From: a virus
Length of the DNA: 64,000 bases
IMG/VR virus record: IMGVR_UViG_3300025853_000046
Coordinates: 26,823 to 90,822 of that record
Reading direction: 5' to 3' (one strand)
The stretch's first letter is position 1, and each line of letters starts with the position of its first letter. Made by a program: the position numbers and the translations under genes. The notes beneath the pieces are model-generated. The model ran no database searches. It saw nothing but the letters and a program-made list of their open reading frames with translations, and was not told where the DNA came from. This document shows positions 48,860 to 57,942 of this stretch, one piece after another.

Positions 48860-49403
48860 TTTCTATGACCTCATTTAAATCTTTAATAAACTGCGCTATC
48901 GTAGTGTTTGAAAACTTATCATCACCCTTTTTATCAAAATAAATCTGTGTGGCTTTAGTCGCATACACTGAATTCGGAGTTCTTACATTAAATGAAATTA
49001 AATCAGTTGGCTGAGGTTCTTGTAAGGCGAATCCTGCTAAAGACACTAATTCTTCATATTCTATGTTTTCTCTTCTACTAATAGTATTATTTAATACCTT
49101 TAAATTTAAGGCTTCCATTCTTGTTTGCTGTGCGGGGGTTAATCTATTTTCTTCAGTGACACCTACATGTTGAGTTCCACCCGATAATAGTCCACCTGTA
49201 GCGTGAACTCTTAAGTTATCTCCATCCCAAATATCTAACATTTCTGTTAATAATTCGGAAATTTCTTCATTACCGATAGAGTTGATAATTTCTTCAACTA
49301 CAATGTAAGCGGCCTGATAACTTTCGTCTTGTAAATCTTCGTATGCCTTAATTACATTCCACCACGAACCGCTTTCGTTTTCAGGCCCTACACTATTATT
49401 CAC
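48852..49403 (-). CDS. Hypothetical protein with near-N-terminal WWNVIK|A motif
   Basis: ORF track. Confidence 0.55.
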   Translation of the reverse strand: MNNSVGPENESGSWWNVIKAYEDLQDESYQAAYIVVEEIINSIGNEEISELLTEMLDIWDGDNLRVHATGGLLSGGTQHVGVTEENRLTPAQQTRMEALNLKVLNNTISRRENIEYEELVSLAGFALQEPQPTDLISFNVRTPNSVYATKATQIYFDKKGDDKFSNTTIAQFIKDLNEVIENA

Positions 49404-50518
49404 TTTATCACCTTCATTAAATTACTAAATACTGTCATAGCATCGAGTTGCTTGAGCGTAATACCGTCAGTTTGAGTGCTGTTCGGAACTTTGTATGTAT
49501 TCATTTCTTCACCCATAACTTCACGGACAATTTTATTTAGAGTCTTATTATTTGCTGGAAACTTAAGAGACACATTGTTAATTGTTTCGTAATTCACCAC
49601 TTCGTCAATTTCAATTTTTTCACCATCAATTTGAACAGTGCAATTTTCAACAAGTATCTTTAAATCGGACTGATTAATAGTGAATGTCTTTCTACTAATT
49701 GCTTGGTTAAGTCTGTCCTTTACTGCAATTTTAGTTCCTCTTGCGTAGATACTTCCATCGGCCATAACTTCTCGTATTGCTTTGTTAAGTCCTGTAATTG
49801 TAGCCATTTGAACTGCGCCAGTCTTCGCACCTAAATTAGCATTTACTGATAAATTAACAACAGGAGGTGCTTTTTGTTTATCAATTAATTCTATGACCCC
49901 TGCTATTAATACCCTTAGACTATTTTCAGGGCCAAAAATTGCTTGCCATAGTGGGGGCTTTGCTTTACCCAGTGGAACTGTATTTTCAGTTTCACCTTGA
50001 ACAGACCAATTTTTACCTTTAGGATTCACACTTGAAAATTCCTGCCCCGTTTGTTTAGCATTCCATGTGCGGTAATCCCAATAGGCGGGAGTTAAAAAAT
50101 GACCTCTCGAAAAACCCCTTTTAATTTTAGGTTTTTCATCACCCTTTGGTGCTTTAAAATCTACCATTGTTCTAAAAACTATATTCTGCGGATTTCTTTT
50201 TGGGTTCTTTTCTAATGCCCCCAAGTCATCTATTAGTTTTTTTATATCTAATATGTGTTCTTCTAACATTATAGGTTCATCTATAATTTCAATTAAATCG
50301 AGGAGAATATCACCTGCACCAATAAATCCCTTGACCCCTCGACCTATTGTTTGTTTTCCGTGATTCATAACTGTTTGATATACTGACTTAGCATTAGCCT
50401 TTCCGGTATTGGCATCAGGTTTTCCAGTAATGCCATATTCAGAATTTTTACTTGGCCCCCAAAATTTTTTATAATTTGCTATAAGTTGTAAGGCGGCAGG
50501 TTTATCCCATTCAAACAT
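49400..50518 (-). CDS. Hypothetical protein (starts MFEWDK)
   Basis: ORF track; start adjusted. Confidence 0.55.
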   Translation of the reverse strand: MFEWDKPAALQLIANYKKFWGPSKNSEYGITGKPDANTGKANAKSVYQTVMNHGKQTIGRGVKGFIGAGDILLDLIEIIDEPIMLEEHILDIKKLIDDLGALEKNPKRNPQNIVFRTMVDFKAPKGDEKPKIKRGFSRGHFLTPAYWDYRTWNAKQTGQEFSSVNPKGKNWSVQGETENTVPLGKAKPPLWQAIFGPENSLRVLIAGVIELIDKQKAPPVVNLSVNANLGAKTGAVQMATITGLNKAIREVMADGSIYARGTKIAVKDRLNQAISRKTFTINQSDLKILVENCTVQIDGEKIEIDEVVNYETINNVSLKFPANNKTLNKIVREVMGEEMNTYKVPNSTQTDGITLKQLDAMTVFSNLMKVIK

Positions 50519-52040
50519 CTTCTTCTTCCTCCTCATCTTCACTGAATGTAGGGCGGTGTAGTGTCTCAAAACCTTCGCTTTGCGAAGTCGTTGCTTCTTT
50601 TGCCAGTTGTAGTATTTCCATTACTGATAAGGGAACGCCTATTTTTTTACCTTCTTCGATAAAACTCTTTAGAGCAATTTCCCAACTTTCCATGTTGTCG
50701 GTAGAAGACTTTTTTAGATATTCTGTCCACTTCATGTTATTATCAAGAATGGCAATACTACTTAAGTTCTTCTGACTTTTATAAAATTCATATGTATCGG
50801 GATTGCCTACATTTTTTACCGTGTGGGTATTATCTGGTTGTAAAATTATTTCTAAATAGCCCCCAAGATACCCATATACATTTTTATGTTCAGTTTCTTC
50901 AAACCCTAAAATCATTGGAAAATTATATCTTTCATAATAATAGGGGTAATCTACCAAAAAATTAAATAGGGTTTTTATATAACTATAACCTATTGATGAG
51001 TCGTCAAATCCACTTTCTTCTCTTACAATTTTCGCTATCCCTGTAAAAGTTAATTCCCTGCCGTCTTTATACAGAACTGAGTTACGGAATGATTTTCCCT
51101 GTGACATACCAAACTTAGCATCATCAAGAGGTGTTAAATTTGCACTAGCAAAAAAAGGTGGTTCATCTATTTTAAATGCTATTATTCTCCGCATAGTCGT
51201 AAAGTCATTCATATTAACCCAATCATCAGGTTTTACCCAATCAGAATTATAAAAATGTTCTTCGGATGATTCTTTATAAAATAATTTATTTGTTGAACTA
51301 TAATCAACATCCCAATTGCTAAGTCTACCTATCCTAAATTTATCTGTATTTATAGGGTCTACATAAAATTCAGTTTCTGCTCTAAACTGGGGTTCAAATG
51401 ACATATCCTCTATAACAAAACCTGCCTGACAAGTAGGACATTTACCTTCATCGTTTTTTATATCTATTCTAAACTTTGTGTCCTCAAACGGACATTCAAT
51501 ATATGTGTCCTGATTCAGGTAATCACTTATTCCTTCAATGTTTTTCTGAGTACTCCTATCATCAAGTAGTGTAAGAATTAGCCCTCCTAAATTATCTCCC
51601 GCTGGTAACTCTTCGGATAATACAATGCAAATCTTAACACCTTCTTCAGTACTGACTTCGTAGCACCCCTCGTTCATTTCCCTTGTTTTTATACTATAAT
51701 TCTTACCTGAAGACCCTTTAACAGAAACATTGTCTTCTACCCATTCTACTCCACTGTTAGAATCTACTATGCCTGATACAAATTCCATAGAGCGTGTAAA
51801 GGCATTAACCCATTCTTTGAGTTTATCTTGTCTTTGCCCGCTTTCCAATGTATCTCTCAACGGGGGTATTCGAGATGTAATTTGTCTACCTGTTTTTTCT
51901 TCTGTCATCACAGAAAGTTTATTTCCAAGAAATCCATAAATACTTCCAGTAAATCCCCGTTCATTCACAAGACTATAAAAATTACCTTCCTCTCTATTCA
52001 TCGGTGGGGGGTTCGATTTTAATATGTGTTCCCAAGACAT
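50511..52040 (-). CDS. Tagged protein (MSWEHILKS) with internal tag copies
   Basis: Internal 'MKWTEYLKKS' and 'MESWEIALKS'; CxxxC/CPTC. Confidence 0.6.
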   Translation of the reverse strand: MSWEHILKSNPPPMNREEGNFYSLVNERGFTGSIYGFLGNKLSVMTEEKTGRQITSRIPPLRDTLESGQRQDKLKEWVNAFTRSMEFVSGIVDSNSGVEWVEDNVSVKGSSGKNYSIKTREMNEGCYEVSTEEGVKICIVLSEELPAGDNLGGLILTLLDDRSTQKNIEGISDYLNQDTYIECPFEDTKFRIDIKNDEGKCPTCQAGFVIEDMSFEPQFRAETEFYVDPINTDKFRIGRLSNWDVDYSSTNKLFYKESSEEHFYNSDWVKPDDWVNMNDFTTMRRIIAFKIDEPPFFASANLTPLDDAKFGMSQGKSFRNSVLYKDGRELTFTGIAKIVREESGFDDSSIGYSYIKTLFNFLVDYPYYYERYNFPMILGFEETEHKNVYGYLGGYLEIILQPDNTHTVKNVGNPDTYEFYKSQKNLSSIAILDNNMKWTEYLKKSSTDNMESWEIALKSFIEEGKKIGVPLSVMEILQLAKEATTSQSEGFETLHRPTFSEDEEEEEDV

Positions 52041-52065
52041 TACTCTCTCCTCCTTCTCAATCATA

Positions 52066-52764
52066 TTACCAACGCCTTAATAATTTTTTAGGTATGTATT
52101 CCCCTAAATGTCCATTTAAATCATCTATTAAATCACCATATCTCATTTTTATGGGGGGCCATTCTGTTTCGTCAATCTGTTCTACATGTCTCCATATTTG
52201 TTCTAAAAGTGTGTCCTTGTAATCCTGTTCATTTGAATCATAAATAGTTATAAAATCATTTATTGAGTGCATTTTAGTTTCCGGCATGTGTCTTTCTACA
52301 TATGCGGGAAGAGTAAGAATTGCAGGTAATTGGTTATTTTTACTTGCGAGAAGAAGTGTAACCATAAAATCCCCATTTGTCATCACATTATTAGCCTTTA
52401 CGCAAAAACGCATTCCAGTTGAGTCCATTGTTGGGAATGTATCTCCCGCCTTTTCACCAATACCTCCTTTATTATTCCATACTTGACGCATAAACGGCAT
52501 TTTTAATGTAAAAGGCACTCCCTCTATATCGAATTTAAAAACAAAATTTAAACCATCTCTTTTAATTTCATCAAAGGGTTTCATAAATTCTAAAGTTTTT
52601 TTATAAACAAGGGAAAACTGTGGAGGCTTGTCAAACATAGATGAAAGAACTTGGTCTTCTTCCTCTTTAGTTATTTCCCGTATTGGTGTAAATTCTCGGA
52701 AGGAAATTAGTATCTCTTGAGCCGTATCTCGACTTCTATCCTTTAATATATCTTGCCAACCCAT
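52066..52764 (-). CDS. Tagged protein (MGWQDILK), first gene of the late operon
   Basis: GGGGTG SD; N-terminal motif. Confidence 0.6.
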   Translation of the reverse strand: MGWQDILKDRSRDTAQEILISFREFTPIREITKEEEDQVLSSMFDKPPQFSLVYKKTLEFMKPFDEIKRDGLNFVFKFDIEGVPFTLKMPFMRQVWNNKGGIGEKAGDTFPTMDSTGMRFCVKANNVMTNGDFMVTLLLASKNNQLPAILTLPAYVERHMPETKMHSINDFITIYDSNEQDYKDTLLEQIWRHVEQIDETEWPPIKMRYGDLIDDLNGHLGEYIPKKLLRRW

Positions 52765-52883
52765 TATTGCACCCCCTTGTTGAAAAAATGGCCGGGAATT
52801 TTTTTGGGACTAGCGAAAAAAAATTTTTCTTTTTTATTCCATTCCCAGCGAAAGTTTATTTTCGACATTATTATTATCTCCCT

Positions 52884-52953
52884 TTTAAATAAGTTATTAT
52901 TCTTTATCTTTAAATAAGTTATTATTATTATTACCTTTAAATAAGTTATTATT
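52884..52953. repeat. Three copies of TTTAAATAAGTTATTATT (18 bp)
   Basis: Copies at 52884, 52909 and 52936. Confidence 0.85.
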
Positions 52954-53278
52954 CTTTATCTTCTTTTGTTGTATTCCCTGTTTGGCGAACTACGAGACTT
53001 TCTAAAGGTAAATCTTGTAGGGCACTCCAACTATTAAAGTCTAATTCACAATGTCTATATAAACTTTTGCAGTTTTGCCGACTTTTATGTAGTTCTGAGA
53101 GTAAAATGCCCAATTGTTTCTGATTTTTCATCGGTGGGGGGTAAGAATTGCGCCAAAGTGAGTCAAATTGTTCCCAAATCCAAAGCATTCTATCTATTTC
53201 TTCCATCATAGCCCACATTGAGGGCAAATATAAGGTATTTTTATGTTGGCGCATGACCTTTTTCATAAATTCTTCCAT
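52949..53278 (-). CDS. Hypothetical protein (109 aa)
   Basis: ORF with AT-rich TATA-like element about 25 nt upstream. Confidence 0.5.
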   Translation of the reverse strand: MEEFMKKVMRQHKNTLYLPSMWAMMEEIDRMLWIWEQFDSLWRNSYPPPMKNQKQLGILLSELHKSRQNCKSLYRHCELDFNSWSALQDLPLESLVVRQTGNTTKEDKE

Positions 53279-53933
53279 GATTATTATGATGGGCTTTTTC
53301 TATTTAATGTTTTTTAATTAAAAAAATTCCCAAAGTGAACCATATGGTAAGGAAAGTTAGTGAAGGTCACTCGTCTTCATCGTTAAACACTTTCACACCT
53401 CCTGCGGTTTCATTATGCTAACGCATGAACCATATGGTTCTATGAAATAGATAGTTTTATCTTCAGAATTTTAAAGCATGGGTTGGATTGAGGGTGGGAA
53501 AGATGGTTTGGAGTTCTTAATATAAAAGTTGCACCTTTTATATAGGTGAGGTGGGCAATTTCGGCTATACCTTTATTTGTCATAGCCAAGCCCTACCATA
53601 TGGTAATAATAATTTGTAGAAAGACCTTAGATAAAAAAACAAAAAAAATAACGGGAAAATACTTTAAGACCGACCTTTCACAGCCGCCATCTTTAATCCT
53701 GACAAACAAAAGTTTAACAAAAACGAAGCCAATTAAGAAAATTGAGTATTTTTACTGGATAAACCCGCTATCTCTTTTAAGGGAGTAGGAACGGGCTTTA
53801 CACCCGTTTGTCTTAGTTCTTTTAGGGAATCACTAAGAATATTCTATATATCTTTATATTTCATACACTAAGTATAAGCATATAGGCGTTAAACAATCCT
53901 ACCTGTTTTTTACCGCTTCCACCCTCCACCAAC

Positions 53934-54767
53934 TCACTGTATTTCTTGCCATTTACCATTCCAACTTCGACCGTTGAGAATCCAACGATAGTTTTTTTGA
54001 TAAATATGCACATTGTCGAAACCATTTAGTCTTTCCTTTGTAGTTACGGTTTCCCAACCACCGGATGAAATAAAGAAACCATGACAATCCTTGTAAGCAA
54101 TCAAATTACCAAAAAGAAACAATTCACACTTCCATGAAGAGGGGTAATTCTCTACACATGAATACTTAACTTCAGTATTGCTTTTCTTGAAGTTTCGATT
54201 ATAGGTAAATGCCTGTATTGCTTGTCTTGTAATTTTTTTCATTCTTCACTCGCCTCCTTTGTCTGCCTGTCCATCTCTTGAACAACTTTCAAAGCCATAT
54301 CTACTCTTTTCCAATCTTCCCAAAGAGCATCTGCTAAAGCAGAAAGTTCTTCTAAGTCCATTTTAATTAAATCAGCCACTACAAATTTTTCTGGGTATTT
54401 CATTCTTCTTCCTCCTCTGGCACATAAACGGTTTGTATTATTCCACCCGTTATATTTTGTTTATGAAAACAAGCGGTATCGCAATAATACATCATGTGTT
54501 GATTAGGGTCAAGTTTTGTTTCACACCATTTACAATTAGTATAAGGCTTATCAACATACCCTTTTCCTAAAGGTGCAACTGGGCCAATTCTCATCATGCG
54601 TTCATCTCCTGTAATTGTTGAGAGATTTGTTTTAGTGCAAGAATGAGTTCTTTTTCCAACTCTTCTTGACTATCAGCACTGACACGGAGTTCATCAATAA
54701 TGAACTTCTCGTATCGGTTCTGTTTTACTTTAATTACAAACTTCGGTTCTCGCTTTTTCCAAAACAT
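53934..54767 (-). CDS. Four-gene mini-operon (54594-54767, 54400-54597, 54239-54403, 53934-54242)
   Basis: ATGA-coupled small ORFs, one with CxxC..YC...C; promoter at 54790-54826. Confidence 0.55.
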
Positions 54768-55146
54768 GATTATAATTAATATCTAATAGATATAAGGTAT
54801 TATACAAATTATCCTTACCATATGGTTCAAGATTTCTTCAATCGTTTTTTCAGATAGTATGGGTGGATTGAGGGTGGGCAAAATGCTCTCTTAAAACTCG
54901 TATTTAAGAAACAGCAAAGCGTCTTTAATCTTATGGTTCCCGTTCCTCCTTACCATATGGTATCAAAGTAATTTGTATGATAGACCGCAGGTTAAAAAAG
55001 GTGGATTTTTAAGGAGAATCCATAACTCCGATTTGTTTTGCCCTGCATTGTTTTCTCAACACAGCGAGTTCTTTTCTTTAACCCGTCAATTCCCCGAATG
55101 ATTAAAAATCATTCTTCGTCGTCTTCAAAGAAGTGGAAGAAGTGCT

Positions 55147-55779
55147 TCATTCGGAAGCCTCTTCAACAACTGCTTCTTCAACGGCAACTTCTTCTTTAGG
55201 CGTATAAGGCCGTAGAAGTTTAGAAGCCAAAGAAAACTTTTTAGCATCGTCAGCATCGGCCCAAGTGCCGTTTCTGATGTCGCCTTTAAGTCCAGCAATT
55301 CGAGATGAAATGCGAGCCTTCAAAAAGTTCTCAAGGTTTCCGTATTCTTGTCCGTCACCATTCTTAGCAGAAGAACGAGTCATTTCAAGATGTGTAGCGT
55401 CGTTTGTTTCAAGAACATTCCAAAAAGCGGTATATGCTTCATTCAAAATTACTTGTCCTTCATTCAAAACTGCAACTTGATAAGCAGGTAAAGAGATACC
55501 GCCACCTTGACGCTTAGGCCAATTAGCCATTTCTCTTCCTGAGTTCAAGATATTAGACTTAAAATCAGTTCTTCGACTTGCTCGCTTGTCGCCTTTCTCG
55601 ATGTTTTCGATAATATCGGCCCAATCTTCTTTAAAGAAATCAGCATCAAAATCCTCGCCTTTTGCTTCAGTCATTTGTTGAGTTGCGCTCAACACCGCAT
55701 CCATATCTTGAGAAACAAATGTTCGCACATCTGCAACCCAAGCATTCCAATCATTGTCATCTATATTTTTTTTCGACAT
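55147..55779 (-). CDS. Hypothetical early protein (210 aa)
   Basis: Own palindrome-TATA promoter; visibly more GC-rich than the late genes. Confidence 0.65.
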   Translation of the reverse strand: MSKKNIDDNDWNAWVADVRTFVSQDMDAVLSATQQMTEAKGEDFDADFFKEDWADIIENIEKGDKRASRRTDFKSNILNSGREMANWPKRQGGGISLPAYQVAVLNEGQVILNEAYTAFWNVLETNDATHLEMTRSSAKNGDGQEYGNLENFLKARISSRIAGLKGDIRNGTWADADDAKKFSLASKLLRPYTPKEEVAVEEAVVEEASE

Positions 55780-56628
55780 ATTTCAAAACCCCCTTTGGGT
55801 ATGTTTGTTGTATGCCGTATATAATATAAGGTTTCCAGCAAATCATTCCTTACCATATGGTAATAATAATGTAATGAGTAACAGAACATTCGTAAGTCAA
55901 ATGGTCTGTACTCGTGGAATATATATTGCCCCAACTAAGATAAGGATATTAACTTCGTTAAATTCTATTTTCGCCCACCCTCATGCACACCCAACAGAAC
56001 CATATGGTAAGAAAAAATGAAGTATGGCGTTATTCGTCTTCTTCGTTAAACAATTTTTTCACCTGCCCCGGTAGATTATGCTTACGCCTACCATATGGTA
56101 AGTAAAATTTAGTAAGGTGAGGGTTACTCGTCATCTTCGTTGAACAATTTTACACCCCCTACCGAGGTATTTTGCTATCGCCTACCATATGGTAAGTAAT
56201 AATAATGAGAGAAAGGAGTGAGCAGTATTCAATGAGCAATACTGCTTCGACTTGAAAGAATATATATCTACCCCAGCACACGGGGGAGGTTTCCGCATTC
56301 GCCAAAAATATTTACCCACCCTCGAACCACCCTTATTTTTGAACCATATGGTAAGGAAACATAATACTTTCTATGTTGAGCGAAAGGAATATATTGGATT
56401 GAATATATTTTTTAAGCGGTAGGGCTAATAGCCCAATAGAAAGCATTAGTATTGCGAAACCTGACGAAGAAAAAAGGACATAAAAAGAAAATTCTGTTAA
56501 AAATTCATATGACCCGCCCTCGAACCACCCTTTCTTTTTAACAGAACTTTCTGTTTATTTTGCTACGCAACCATATGGTAAGCGTTAATTTGTTTAGCAC
56601 CTTATACCTTTCAATGATTAAAGTAACT

Positions 56629-57009
56629 ATGCCCACAGAGGCAGGAGATATACATATGCAATATGATAAAATAAAGATGACTGCGAAGGCCCAAAAATGG
56701 CTTGAAAATGCAACGGATGAAGAGGACATTGGGGATGTTACCCAATTACTCAGTCGAATTGAGACAATGGATGAAAGTCCTCGTCTTCAACGCAGACTTG
56801 AGACTTTGAACACCTATATCAAGGGAACATCTATGAGAGTTACCTTGAATGAGGCTCAAATGACTCAAAAGGCTACTATCGTTAAATCATTGGATGAGAT
56901 TTTTACTCTATACCCTGATTTGAGCATCCCTCGCACACGCAACCTTGAAACACTTGGCGAAAAAGTCGAAGAGGCTATTAAGGCCCAAATCAAGGCGGAA
57001 TCAAAGTGA
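56629..57009 (+). CDS. Hypothetical early protein (starts MPTEAG)
   Basis: Palindrome-TATA promoter with leaderless spacing. Confidence 0.6.
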   Translation: MPTEAGDIHMQYDKIKMTAKAQKWLENATDEEDIGDVTQLLSRIETMDESPRLQRRLETLNTYIKGTSMRVTLNEAQMTQKATIVKSLDEIFTLYPDLSIPRTRNLETLGEKVEEAIKAQIKAESK

Positions 57010-57529
57010 TTTTTTCCGAAGATGACGAATAAGGCTCAAAATTGAGTCCTATGCCCTCCACTTTCTCTATACGGGAAAGTATGCCGTTCTTCACCCTTCT
57101 TCGGAGGGGTGGAGAACCCCCTTTTTTTGAGGTTGCTACTAAACAAATTAACGATACCGCAACCATATGGAATGGGAGGTTTGAGGGTGGGTCAGATTCC
57201 GCAGATAATAAAACTCTGGGATAAGGAATTATTCTATACTCTTTATTACACCGTAGATAAAACCATATGGTAAGTAAAAAGATAATAATTACTAAATAAT
57301 ACAATTAGGTGTAGTGGGCTACACCGAGTGTAATTTTTACACCTACTGCTTCAAAGCACACCGGATTTCATACCCCCTTTATAAGCGATACCGCCATCCT
57401 CAATACTGCAATTGAATCATATGCAAGCACTTTACCAATGTTTCTTAACAATCACAAGAAACTCCAACCCCAAAAAACACTTTGAATTAAATGTAATAAT
57501 ATGATTTATTTAATTTATACTTTCTATTT

Positions 57530-57830
57530 CATTTCGCATGACATTCTCATGTGAGACAACCATGAGACAACACTATGTATGAGATAATGGGATTTAGACC
57601 TACAATGTTAAGTGTATTCTCATATTCTCACTATTATCATACTATTCTTATTCAATTATCTTTACTTCTACAAATATATATATCAAAGTGTATTACTTAT
57701 ATCTATATGTGTAAGGCAACCCGCATGAGAAAGTGAGAAAGTGAGAATGTGCTTGGAAATGTATGAGATATGGCGATTATCTCCTACACTTTGTCATTCT
57801 CATATGTCTCATTGTGAGAATGTCGGTCAA
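57530..57830. other. Candidate replication origin: TGAGA/TCTCA iterons around an AT-rich core
   Basis: Clusters of (A/G)TGAGA in both orientations at about 57544-57630 and 57726-57822; non-coding; at the strand switch. Confidence 0.45.
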
Positions 57831-57942
57831 TATGACCCATATCTTAACACAATGAACTTTTCATATGGGAAATACAATTTTCCCTAACAAGGTCTAACAC
57901 GAGGAAAAAACAAAATAAAAAAAATTAAAAAGGTGAACAAAA

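Larger units (their letters stand above)
53339..57271. repeat. Dispersed palindrome ACCATATGGT (12 exact copies plus 1 variant)
   Basis: Starts at 53339, 53429, 53595, 54817, 54952, 55852, 55999, 56090, 56184, 56343, 56570, 57262; variant at 57162. Confidence 0.9.

Noticed and set aside
677-52486. Plus-strand ORFs of 60-170 aa within the late region, and minus-strand ORFs within 57943-64000
   Set aside because: They are antisense shadows of long, coupled genes, have odd composition and show no supporting RBS.
56454-56468. Hammerhead ribozyme (GAAAC next to CTGACGA)
   Set aside because: The two core segments are adjacent, with none of the required stems.
53339-57271. CRISPR mini-array interpretation of the ACCATATGGT repeats
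   Set aside because: The repeat core is only 10-13 bp, spacing is irregular (90 to over 1000 bp), and the intervening sequences are homologous to each other or contain genes.
53546-57304. Listed ORFs 53546-53788, 55754-56020, 56538-56729, 56990-57304 and 57042-57224
   Set aside because: They run through the regulatory repeats (recurring PYG/YHMV/TIW translations of the palindrome) and lack plausible starts.
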